From NCBI GenBank assembly GCA_963675295.2, contig CAXXKJ010000002.1, positions 3,616,001-3,680,000 on the forward strand: 64,000 nt of DNA, written 5' to 3'. Positions 18,019 through 27,019 of this stretch are shown piece by piece (position 1 is the stretch's first letter; the number at the start of each line of letters is the position of its first letter). The position numbers and the translations under genes are program-made. The notes under the pieces were generated by a model. It saw only the letters and a program-made list of their open reading frames with translations. It was not told where the DNA came from and did no database searches. Source of the DNA: a bacterium. Its GTDB lineage: Bacteria; Electryoneota; Electryoneia; Electryoneales; Electryoneaceae.

Positions 18019-20562
18019 TCACTTCATCAGGACGATCTTTTGTACGGTGTTCATGTGGCCGGGAACCGTCGCCTGTACGAAATAGATCCCGCTGGCCATA
18101 CCAGACGCATTGAACACAAACTCTTGGCTGCCAGCGCTGACGGGTCCGTCGGACAGCAGCGCGACTCGTTGCCCGAGGGTGTTGAACACCGCGACGGTCA
18201 GCTCGGCAGGTGCGGCGAGGTCAACCTGAATCTTCGTCGCCGCGTTGAACGGGTTCGGATAGATCGCGCGCAAGGCAAAGCCGGATGCAAGCGTGCCCGC
18301 CGTGGGGTGGTCCGGCACTGTGGAAATCAGTTCGTTGCGGTACCATTCGATCATGCCGTCGCTGTTGGACGCGCCGGCAACATCGATATCGCCGTCCTGA
18401 TCGAAGTCAGCACAGGCGATGGATTCCGGTGAACCGGAGAAGTCGCAGAGCCGGTGACGTTCGCCGAAATTCCCCTGTCCGTCAAGGTTTTCGTGCCACG
18501 AGTACCAGTTGTTGTCCCGCGCAGCTGACAGCAGGTCGAGGTCGCCGTCATTGTCAAGATCCACGCAGGCCAGATCGTTGGCACCCATCACATTTACCTC
18601 AATCACCTGCAACGACCCGAACGATCCGGCTCCGTCGAGATTCTCGAACCAGCCGATGTTGTCGTCACCGGAATCCGCGATCAGGACGTCGAGGTCGCCA
18701 TCTCCGTCTAAATCGGCGGCATGCACACACTCTGGATTGGCGAGTGTGTTGCTAAGGATCTGTTCGGTGCCGAATTGGCCGGCTCCATCGGTGTTTTCGT
18801 ACCACGCGACCTTGTGGTCTTCCTTGGAGGCGGAGAGCAGATCCAGATCGCCGTCTCCGTTCAGGTCGCAGGCGGACACTGCTTGTGGCCAGACGGACAG
18901 AGTGCTGACAATGGAACGCGGGGCAAAACCGCCCTGCCCGTCGGTGTTTTCATACCACGCGATCGTGTCATCCCATGCGGATGCCGTCACCGCATCCTGA
19001 TCGCCGTCGCCATCCAGATCGGCTGCACAGATAGCGACGACGCCATAGATCAGAGTCGTCAGGATGTGTTCGTCGAATTCACCGGTATTTTCCAGATTCT
19101 CATACCAGAACGCCTGCTGGTTCCATTGTGTCGCGGCGAGCAGATCGATATCGCCGTCGTTATCAAGATCGGCAGGGTAAATGTCCGCCGCGGTGTACGA
19201 AAATGGCGAGAGCACCTGCTGATGTTCGAATTCGCCGCTGGCGTGTATGTTTTCAAACCAGACGATGCGGTCGTCCTCGTAGAGGGCGGCGATGATGTCG
19301 TCGTAGCCATCGCCGTTCATGTCGGCGATCCGCACCACGACCGGATCAACCGTCCCATCCGAAATGATTCGTTTCCCGCCGAGTCCAGCCCCAGCGGGGA
19401 GCGTCGGATACCAGGCGATGCCGTCACTCTTTTTCGCCGCCGCGAGAACATCATCGAGACCGTCTCCATTTAGATCGCAGGCGTGAAGACGGGAACCATC
19501 TCCCGCGATTTCGGTCAGCAGTTGTTCGTCGCCGAAATCGTTCTGGCCGCTCTGGTTCGTATAACTGTAGAGATAGCGGTAGGATGCGGCAATGATATCC
19601 TGATCTCCGTCATCTCCGAGATCCACGCAGCACACCGACCCGATTCCGTTCAGCATGGAGCCGTCAATCAGATCTACCGTGAACGTGCCGCCGCCGTCCA
19701 CGTTATCGTAAATCATCAAACTACTGCCATCGGTGAGGATGAGGTCGGTGTCGCCGTCCCGGTCCAGATCATCGGCGTGCAGGCCGTAGCTCCAGGTGGT
19801 GGTCGAACTGGTGAGCATCTGCTGGACGGCGTAGGTGCCCGCGCCGTCCATGTTCTCATACAGTTCGACCTTCAACGAATCGCCGTGATTGTTGACCGCC
19901 ACGATATCCGGATCGCCATCGGAGTCGATATCGGGCACAATCAGATTCCGAATGATGATTCCGATGTTGTCGATAATCTGCTGGGGTCCGAAGGTGCCGA
20001 GTCCGTCCTGGTTCAGGAAATAGCCGAAGCCGTCCTCGTGCGGTGAGGAATACATCAGGTCGGTGTACGAATCGCCGTTCACATCGCGCGCGAAGACAAG
20101 GGCGACATACTCGATGCTGTCCGACAACACCTGTTCCGCGGAGAAGGTGCCTTGCCCGTCTGTGTTCTCGAACCACGATACCTTGTGGTCCTGGTTGGCA
20201 GCGGCGAGAACATCGAGATCACCGTCCCCATCCACATCGGCACAGGTCACATCGCATGCCCCATCAAAGCCGGTGGCAATCAACTTTTGCGGGCCGAAGT
20301 TGCCCTCGCCGTCCAGATTCTCATACCAGGCGATCTTTTGATCGGTGGCTGCGGAACAGACGACATCGAGGTCGCCGTCCCCGTCCACATCGGCACCGAC
20401 CGCGCCGGAGGCGCCGTTTGTATAGCCGGAGAGGGGAATTTTGCCGCTGAAGCTGATCTCCGCGAACGCGGAGTCAAGCGGCAGGAGAATTGTTACCAAC
20501 AGACAGGAGGTCAGGAAAACGAGGTTCAGCGTGGACCGTTTGGCAGGCATGATTGCATCCAT
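18019..20562 (-). CDS. Secreted FG-GAP/VCBS beta-propeller protein with T9SS-type C-terminal sorting domain
   Basis: Signal peptide, about 13-14 DxDGDGDxD..WYEN repeats, IYPNPFN..SGIYFV..QKIVLMK tail. Confidence 0.9.
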   Translation of the reverse strand: MDAIMPAKRSTLNLVFLTSCLLVTILLPLDSAFAEISFSGKIPLSGYTNGASGAVGADVDGDGDLDVVCSAATDQKIAWYENLDGEGNFGPQKLIATGFDGACDVTCADVDGDGDLDVLAAANQDHKVSWFENTDGQGTFSAEQVLSDSIEYVALVFARDVNGDSYTDLMYSSPHEDGFGYFLNQDGLGTFGPQQIIDNIGIIIRNLIVPDIDSDGDPDIVAVNNHGDSLKVELYENMDGAGTYAVQQMLTSSTTTWSYGLHADDLDRDGDTDLILTDGSSLMIYDNVDGGGTFTVDLIDGSMLNGIGSVCCVDLGDDGDQDIIAASYRYLYSYTNQSGQNDFGDEQLLTEIAGDGSRLHACDLNGDGLDDVLAAAKKSDGIAWYPTLPAGAGLGGKRIISDGTVDPVVVRIADMNGDGYDDIIAALYEDDRIVWFENIHASGEFEHQQVLSPFSYTAADIYPADLDNDGDIDLLAATQWNQQAFWYENLENTGEFDEHILTTLIYGVVAICAADLDGDGDQDAVTASAWDDTIAWYENTDGQGGFAPRSIVSTLSVWPQAVSACDLNGDGDLDLLSASKEDHKVAWYENTDGAGQFGTEQILSNTLANPECVHAADLDGDGDLDVLIADSGDDNIGWFENLDGAGSFGSLQVIEVNVMGANDLACVDLDNDGDLDLLSAARDNNWYSWHENLDGQGNFGERHRLCDFSGSPESIACADFDQDGDIDVAGASNSDGMIEWYRNELISTVPDHPTAGTLASGFALRAIYPNPFNAATKIQVDLAAPAELTVAVFNTLGQRVALLSDGPVSAGSQEFVFNASGMASGIYFVQATVPGHMNTVQKIVLMK

Positions 20563-20735
20563 GATTGAGTGAACGTCCCCCTCGGCCGAACGTCTATCCG
20601 ACAAACAACGTAAGAATTTCAGAGTTGGAGTGCAGACACGGCGAGGAAAGAAACGAAAACAGTTGACACAAAAATCCCGGGGCAAATGTCCCGGGATCGT
20701 GATTTGACATCAGAATGTGTCACGTACGGCAGATC

Positions 20736-22214
20736 CTACTTCATAAGCACGATTTTCTGGACGGCGTTCAGCTGTCCCGGTACGATCGCTCGCACAAAGT
20801 AAATCCCGCTGGCGTTGTTTGTGCCATCAAACGTAAACGAGTGCAGTCCCGCCGGTTGCGTCGATGAACTCAGTACCGCGACCTGTTCGCCGAGAGTGTT
20901 GTAGACGGTCAGGTCCAGCCTGAACGAACGCGGCAGGGCGATCTCAATGGTGGCGCTCGGGTTGAACGGGTTCGGGTAGATCTTGCTCAGCTCGTATGCC
21001 TGCGGCAGGTGGGACGCGGACGCATCCTCCGCGACTCCGACGAATCCGAGGTTTTTGTACCAGGCGATGGTGTTGTCACCCCACGACGCGGAAAGGATGT
21101 CGTTGTCGCCATCGCCGTCCAGGTCGGCGCAGTAGATGCCGGACACGTGGTCAATATCATCAGTGATGACGTAGTGCTGGCCGAACGAACCCTCGCCGTC
21201 CGTATTTTCGAACCACACAATCAAGCTGTCCGGGGAGGATGCCGCGACGAGGTCGATATCGCCGTCATTATCGATGTCAATGCTGAACAGAATCTCCGTG
21301 CCCTTGATCTGGTCGCTGATCTGCTGGGCGGCGCTGAATGTGCCCTGGCCATCCGTGTTTTCGTGCCACGCGATCAGGTTCTCGTCTGATTGGTAGGACG
21401 CAGCAAGCACATCCTGATCGCCGTCACCATCAACATCATTCGAGCACACCGCTTTGTAGTTCCATGTGCTCGACACGATGACCATCTCCGGACCAAACGA
21501 CGCGGCACCGTCGAGGTTTTCGCTCCATGCAACCATGCCCCGCGTCGCGCTACTGGAGGCGAACAAGAGATCGGGATCTGTGTCGCCGTCCAGGTCAGGC
21601 GCGCACAACGAGTTGATGGAATAATTGATGTCGGTGAGGATTTGTTCGTCGGAAAACGTTCCGGCCCCGTCCTCGTTTTCGTACATCTTGATGTCGGTTC
21701 CCTGGGCAGAGATCACGTCCTCATCTCCGTCCCCGTCCATGTCCATACAGCGAACCGCGGTGATGTCCCAGGTGTTGGTTGCGATCACCATTTCGTTGCT
21801 GAAGGCACCCTGGCCGTCGATGTTCTCAAACCAGACAATCTTCTGATCATTCTGGGAGACGGCTGAAATGACATCGTTATCGCCGTCACCGTCGAGGTCG
21901 GCACCGTAAACGAACGAGGCACGATCGAGTGTTTCGGTTATCACGATCGGCGGGCCGAACACTCCAGTACCGTCAAGGTTCTCGAACCATTCGACAGTGC
22001 TGTCGGTCGCTGAGGCGGCGAGCACATCCAGGTCGCCGTCGCCATCCATGTCAACGCTGAATACCGCTTGCGCGCCGTCGGCTTCGTTGCTGATGACAAT
22101 CTTTGAACTGAAGGAAACCGGCTGCGCGAACATGGCGGACGGCAGGAAAATGAGCAGTGCGGCAAGCAAACACCACTGCCCGGCAGTTCTCCCCCACTCG
22201 TACAACGTTTTCAT
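20736..22214 (-). CDS. Secreted FG-GAP/VCBS protein (about 7 repeats) with T9SS-type C-terminal domain; paralog of the neighbouring gene
   Basis: DxDGDGDxD..WFEN repeats, IYPNPFNP..SGIYFV..QKIVLMK. Confidence 0.9.
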   Translation of the reverse strand: MKTLYEWGRTAGQWCLLAALLIFLPSAMFAQPVSFSSKIVISNEADGAQAVFSVDMDGDGDLDVLAASATDSTVEWFENLDGTGVFGPPIVITETLDRASFVYGADLDGDGDNDVISAVSQNDQKIVWFENIDGQGAFSNEMVIATNTWDITAVRCMDMDGDGDEDVISAQGTDIKMYENEDGAGTFSDEQILTDINYSINSLCAPDLDGDTDPDLLFASSSATRGMVAWSENLDGAASFGPEMVIVSSTWNYKAVCSNDVDGDGDQDVLAASYQSDENLIAWHENTDGQGTFSAAQQISDQIKGTEILFSIDIDNDGDIDLVAASSPDSLIVWFENTDGEGSFGQHYVITDDIDHVSGIYCADLDGDGDNDILSASWGDNTIAWYKNLGFVGVAEDASASHLPQAYELSKIYPNPFNPSATIEIALPRSFRLDLTVYNTLGEQVAVLSSSTQPAGLHSFTFDGTNNASGIYFVRAIVPGQLNAVQKIVLMK

Positions 22215-22333
22215 CGTGCCCCCTGTGCCCATCGATCTGTCCAACTTGAACCAGAATATACGATTCCCGCAACACCGTAACAGGATTTGATTGAAATTAT
22301 TCCAACAAATTCAGGGCTTGCGTTTGGAAATAG

Positions 22334-22364
22334 AAAAGCCCGCGCCGGAATCACCGGCACGGGC
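22334..22364 (-). terminator. Intrinsic terminator after the BFN gene
   Basis: GCCCG(T)GCCGG / CCGG(C)GCGGGC stem followed by TTTT on minus strand. Confidence 0.65.
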
Positions 22365-22397
22365 ATTGGGATAGCTTCTGAAATAGACCAGCGAACG

Positions 22398-22994
22398 CTA
22401 GGAGGTCGAGGGTTCGTCGTCCCCGTTGCTCTCCTCTGGAGCGTGTTCGCCCCCAACGCTCTCCAGCACCTTGATTTCGTCCCGGATACGCGCGGCTTCC
22501 TCGTACTCTTCCTTCTCAACCGCTTCCTTCAGCCGGCGGTTGAGTTCCATCAGTTTGTCTTCCTTGCTCGGGCCGGCGGTATCGGCCTGGGCAATCTCAC
22601 CACGCATCCCGGCTTCGGTGAACACATGCGGCGCGACAAAGATATCCGCCTCGGTCTTCAACGCCAGCGCGATCGCATCGCTCGGGCGCGCGTCCACTTC
22701 CTTCCGACCTTCATGCGTGTCGACATACACGGTGGCGTAAAACGTGTTTTCCTTGAGGTCGGTAACCTCAACCCGGGAGACCTTCGCCTCTGACGCATCA
22801 AGCAGGTTTTTGAACAGATCATAGGTGAGCGGACGGACATACTTCAGCCCCTGCAGCAGCAGGGAGATCGTGTGTGCCTCGGTGGCACCGATAAAAATCG
22901 GCAGCCACTGCTCGCCGTCCTTCTCTTTCAGGATCACCACGTAGCCCTGATAGGGCGGGCTGATGGAAATGCCGGTGACCTCTACGGGAATCAT
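22398..22994 (-). CDS. Bifunctional nuclease (DUF151/BFN) with UVR domain
   Basis: LPIFIG..EA..I, RPLTYDL, DARPSDAIALAL, EEYEEAARIRDEIK. Confidence 0.92.
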   Translation of the reverse strand: MIPVEVTGISISPPYQGYVVILKEKDGEQWLPIFIGATEAHTISLLLQGLKYVRPLTYDLFKNLLDASEAKVSRVEVTDLKENTFYATVYVDTHEGRKEVDARPSDAIALALKTEADIFVAPHVFTEAGMRGEIAQADTAGPSKEDKLMELNRRLKEAVEKEEYEEAARIRDEIKVLESVGGEHAPEESNGDDEPSTS

Positions 22995-23088
22995 TCAAGC
23001 CTCGTCTGGATCTGGGATTGTGAAGGCACGTGGGCCGGTCAACAAACACATGAAGCGGCCCGGACGAATTCCAAGCCATAGGTCAGGC

Positions 23089-23117
23089 AAAATAGGAGAA
23101 ACAAAAAAAGGTGTCAA
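23089..23117 (-). promoter_or_regulatory. Sigma-70-type promoter for the BFN gene
   Basis: TTGACA-17bp-TATTTT on minus strand. Confidence 0.55.
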
Positions 23118-23294
23118 GCTGAGAGGGACCCTGCGTTCCGGCCCGAGCCACCCAGAAAGCGAGAGTCAATCTGGTTTTCCAGCCCCTTCGAACCCCCAAT
23201 TCTGACAAATCGGACCCGCGCCAGCAAGCAAGCACGGGCCTGTATGCTATGCGTTTTCACAAGGCAATCAGCCAGTGAAAATCATCCCGTCGAT

Positions 23295-23314
23295 CCCAGA
23301 CATGAATGTCTGGG
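23295..23314. repeat. REP-like palindrome just after the lexA stop
   Basis: CCCAGACAT-GA-ATGTCTGGG. Confidence 0.6.
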
Positions 23315-23322
23315 GCACGCTT

Positions 23323-24021
23323 TTAGTACCGGCGGAAGAGGCTGACGACGATGCCGAGGATCATGAAATCTTCCCGCGTCGGATCGACCATGATCGGCTG
23401 CATGTACTGGTTCGCCGGACGCAGTTCGATCTGGCTCTTCCCGGGGTGGTAATACTTGACCGTCGCCTCATCGCCGATCAACGCGACAATGATCTCGCCG
23501 GGGCGTGCATCATCCTGCTTGCGGCAGAAGACCACGTCGCCGTCGTGAATGCCGGCGTCGATCATCGACTCACCCTTAACCCGCAATGCGAACACCTCGC
23601 CCTTGGGCGCGTAATCGGCGTCGATCGCGATGTGGCCCTGCAGATTGTTCTCTGCCAGCAACGGCGCTCCGGCGGCAACCGCCTCGCCATAGATCGGAAT
23701 CTCGACGACAGAGGTGGTCGGATAGATCATGTCGCTGAGCTGGACAATCCGCGCGCCGGAATCGCCGCGCGAATCGTCTCGCGGTCCGAACGCGACTTCC
23801 TGCCCGGCGTCGGTCAGTTCGATCGCACGGCTGCGGTAGCGTTCGCGGACGATATACCCCTTCTTCTGCAGCGCTTCGAGGATGCTGCGGACACCGTTCG
23901 TGCTGCGGATTCCTTCCGCTTCGCCGATGTCACGGAAGGTCGGCGGATAGCCGTTCTTCCGGAGTCCGTCCCCAATCCGTTTGAGCACCGACTCCTGGCG
24001 TGGGGTCAATGGTTCAGCCAT
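23323..24021 (-). CDS. lexA: SOS repressor LexA
   Basis: LTPRQ..GYPPTFRDI HTH, VAAG cleavage site, GESM Ser, ATVK Lys. Confidence 0.96.
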   Translation of the reverse strand: MAEPLTPRQESVLKRIGDGLRKNGYPPTFRDIGEAEGIRSTNGVRSILEALQKKGYIVRERYRSRAIELTDAGQEVAFGPRDDSRGDSGARIVQLSDMIYPTTSVVEIPIYGEAVAAGAPLLAENNLQGHIAIDADYAPKGEVFALRVKGESMIDAGIHDGDVVFCRKQDDARPGEIIVALIGDEATVKYYHPGKSQIELRPANQYMQPIMVDPTREDFMILGIVVSLFRRY

Positions 24022-24026
24022 GGCTG

Positions 24027-24078
24027 ACTCCTGTTCAAGAGATGTTCACTGAACAAAAGGTAATTGAACAGGAGTTCA
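24027..24078. promoter_or_regulatory. Cluster of GTTC/GAAC half-sites upstream of lexA, candidate SOS operator
   Basis: TGTTC 24032 and 24043, GAACA 24051 and 24066, GTTC 24074; 12-bp inverted repeat ACTCCTGTTCAA/TTGAACAGGAGT. Confidence 0.65.
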
Positions 24079-24081
24079 GAA

Positions 24082-24534
24082 TCAAGAGGGATGTGACTTT
24101 TCAAGAAGTAAAGTGACCGGCCCGTCATTAACCAGCGAAACCTGCATCATCGCGCCAAATCGGCCGGTCTCGACATGCAGCCCCGCTTCTTGGAGCCGTT
24201 TCGCGAAGTACTCGACGAGAGGTTCGGCCTGTTCCGGACGGGCGGCGTGAACAAAGCTCGGACGACGGCCCTTGCGGCTGTCGGCGTAGAGAGTAAACTG
24301 GCTGACAACGAGAACCGAGGGGTTCGGCTGATCGCTGAGCGAGAGGTTCATCTTGCCCTCGTCATCCTCGAAAATGCGCAGCCCGGCAACCTTGTCCGCA
24401 AGCCAGTCGGCTTCGGCCTCGGTGTCGTCGTGGGTTGCCCCGACCAACAGCACAAAGCCCGGCCCGATCTGGCCGACGACTTCATCTTCCACCGTCACCG
24501 ATGCTGACGAAACTCGTTGCAACACGATACGCAT
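24082..24534 (-). CDS. dtd: D-aminoacyl-tRNA deacylase
   Basis: [19 protein letters not shown]. Confidence 0.97.
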   Translation of the reverse strand: MRIVLQRVSSASVTVEDEVVGQIGPGFVLLVGATHDDTEAEADWLADKVAGLRIFEDDEGKMNLSLSDQPNPSVLVVSQFTLYADSRKGRRPSFVHAARPEQAEPLVEYFAKRLQEAGLHVETGRFGAMMQVSLVNDGPVTLLLEKSHPS

Positions 24535-24551
24535 GACGACCCGGTACTCCG

Positions 24552-25664
24552 TTAGAAATTCGCACCGACGCTGATCCACGGGAAGACAACATAGTCGACA
24601 TCATGCCCCATTTCACGCGCCAGCGCCACGTCGAGCACGTAATGAGTGCTGATCCAACGCACGCCAAACGAGACTAGCGGATCGATTTTGTGTGGGATGT
24701 AGTAGTTCTCGGTGACGAGCGCTAATGATCGTTGCACACGCCACATCCCACCGATCATGAGCAAGTGGCCAAGATCGGGTTCATCCTGCTCGTCAATGAC
24801 CCCGCCACCGATCACCAGAATCGTGTTGGCGTCGCCGACGCTGAGGACGCCGTAGGTCACCGATGTGGTTTTCAGGTTGGACCATTCGGTATCCGCGAAC
24901 AGGGTCCGATTTCCCACTGCGATGGCCAGCGAATCGGTCTCGACCAGCGTAATCTGCCCGGACACCCAACCGAGCGAAAACAGTGGACCGCCGAGTGGCA
25001 TCAGGCTGCCGCCGATCGAAGTACGAAACGGCATGCCCAACTCCAGCGTCGGCATGATGACATAGTGGTGCACGTAATAGCCGTGCCCGAATGAACGGCT
25101 GCGGCCGGTCGGACCGAAGAAGAGGCGATTGTTCGGGTCACGGAACCAGACGAAACCCCGTTCCGCGAGCACCGGATCGGCAATGTCAACGTAGGCTATG
25201 TCGCTGACCGGCAGCCGGTGCTGGCCGTAGCGTGAGGTAACCAGCAGGAAGTCGCCGGTCCAGCGAGTGATGAAACCGTTGATCGGGTCGGCGTTATACG
25301 GTTCGACTACGGCGGGGATGCCCTGTGAAGTAGCGGTGTCGTAGCGGACGGAATCCTGGTATGCGAGGACTCGCGGCAGAATGTCCAGCAGTTCATGATC
25401 CAGCAGATACTCATGCTCGAAGTGTTCGATGCCGTCGAAGCTGAACACGACCATCTTCTCGGCGAGGTTGGATGTGGACTTGAAAATCAGCGCGCGTTCA
25501 AAGCCGAACAGATCGGGGAATAGATCGTACTCTTCAGCTTCCGCGACGGTGATCGTGTCACCGATGGGATGGTTGAGCAGGGGTGCGCGCGCGAATGCAG
25601 GAAGTTGTGTCATTAGAATCAGAAGTACTGCCAGCAGAGTAAACCGTGCGCCGTGCTTCATCAT
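24552..25664 (-). CDS. Putative outer-membrane protein; paralog of 25797..26903
   Basis: Signal peptide, [26 protein letters not shown], amphipathic strands, C-terminal Phe. Confidence 0.65.
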   Translation of the reverse strand: MMKHGARFTLLAVLLILMTQLPAFARAPLLNHPIGDTITVAEAEEYDLFPDLFGFERALIFKSTSNLAEKMVVFSFDGIEHFEHEYLLDHELLDILPRVLAYQDSVRYDTATSQGIPAVVEPYNADPINGFITRWTGDFLLVTSRYGQHRLPVSDIAYVDIADPVLAERGFVWFRDPNNRLFFGPTGRSRSFGHGYYVHHYVIMPTLELGMPFRTSIGGSLMPLGGPLFSLGWVSGQITLVETDSLAIAVGNRTLFADTEWSNLKTTSVTYGVLSVGDANTILVIGGGVIDEQDEPDLGHLLMIGGMWRVQRSLALVTENYYIPHKIDPLVSFGVRWISTHYVLDVALAREMGHDVDYVVFPWISVGANF

Positions 25665-25796
25665 CTGCCCCCCGATGATAGACTGGAAACTCTGAGATGG
25701 ATTGTCATCTTTATCTAACATAAGGATTTGAATGCCAACGCTCGCAACCTCTGCTCCGTATGTAAAACAACCTTCCGTAATCGAGAGCGTTCCGGA

Positions 25797-26903
25797 TCAG
25801 AAATGCACGACGAAATCGACCCATGGAATCCCAAGTGCTTCGAAGTCTCCCATCAACGGGCGAATGATGGCGAAATCGACGGATAATTTGTCACCGTACC
25901 AGCGCATTCCGAGCGACACCACCGGCCAGTCGACCCCCGGAATCATCCAGTTTTCGGTGATCAGCTTGGTTCGCCTGCCGGTCTTCCATTCCCCGCCGAT
26001 CACCACGAATGGATTGTCCGCTAGCTTGAACCCATCGACGAAGCCAAACCCGAGGCCGAAGGTTCCGGACGCTTTGGTGCTCCCGGCACTTCCAACTCCG
26101 TAGATGATTCCAGCGTTCTGGCCGTCCCCACCGCTCATCAAGGTGGTCAGGTTCCCCACCGCGAAGGAGTAGTGATCGTTGTCGACGATCCCCACCTGTC
26201 CGGTGAACCAGCCGAAGGTGGCGTGCGGGATCGACCACGGGAAGAATGCTCCGCCGACAGAGATTTTGTGCCCGAAACCGACCTGGATGCCGGGCATGAC
26301 GGCCTCATACACCGCGAAGTAGCCCTCGCCTTTGCCCAGGCTGCGGCCGGTCGGCATGAAGAACAGGCGAGTACGGTTGGCGTCCACGACGTCGGTGAAC
26401 TGGGCGTAGTCCTTGACCCGGTGCTGTATCTCGATGTCGTCGATCTGGTCGATGGGAATGTCGCTGTAGCCGAACTGGGTGGTGACGTGGAAGCTTAACC
26501 CGGTCCACTCGGTGATCTTGCCGAAGTTGCGTGGGCCTTGTTTCGGGGTGATTGTGACCGAAACACCATCTGAAACGGGTAGATCGTCACGCAACGAATC
26601 CGCCCGCTCCAACACCAGCGGCAGCACACGGAACACGGAATTGTCGATCAGCCAGGTGGTGCCGTACCGGGAGAACACATCCTCGGAATAGACACGAAGG
26701 ATCTTCACATGGGTGTAGACTGAATCGGCGATCACCGCGGACTGGAAGCCGGGTACATCGCGGAAGAGGGAATACTGTTCAGCTTCGGCGGCGGTGATGG
26801 TATCGCCGATGCTGTGTTGCAATACCGGTTGCCGTGCATGGACAACACCCGGTAGCAGCAACATCGCAAGCACCAACACGAACCACAGGCCACACCGCGC
26901 CAT
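25797..26903 (-). CDS. Putative outer-membrane protein; paralog of 24552..25664
   Basis: Signal peptide, IGDTITAAEAEQYSLF, RLFFMPTGRSL, C-terminal VDFVVHF. Confidence 0.7.
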   Translation of the reverse strand: MARCGLWFVLVLAMLLLPGVVHARQPVLQHSIGDTITAAEAEQYSLFRDVPGFQSAVIADSVYTHVKILRVYSEDVFSRYGTTWLIDNSVFRVLPLVLERADSLRDDLPVSDGVSVTITPKQGPRNFGKITEWTGLSFHVTTQFGYSDIPIDQIDDIEIQHRVKDYAQFTDVVDANRTRLFFMPTGRSLGKGEGYFAVYEAVMPGIQVGFGHKISVGGAFFPWSIPHATFGWFTGQVGIVDNDHYSFAVGNLTTLMSGGDGQNAGIIYGVGSAGSTKASGTFGLGFGFVDGFKLADNPFVVIGGEWKTGRRTKLITENWMIPGVDWPVVSLGMRWYGDKLSVDFAIIRPLMGDFEALGIPWVDFVVHF

Positions 26904-27019
26904 CTATCACCCCCATCATTCCGATGGCAGACGGAACGATTCCGCCTCATCAGTTAAGATAAGGCGAAACGGTATGGTTATAACGCGAACAGATGAAAAA
27001 CAGGCACCAAACGGACGAA

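Noticed and set aside
17789-18432. Cys/Phe/Ser-rich ORFs at 17789 and 17800
   Set aside because: Translations of the decamer and nonamer arrays
23120-23290. 6S or other ncRNA between lexA and BFN
   Set aside because: I could not find a consistent long stem or recognisable motif
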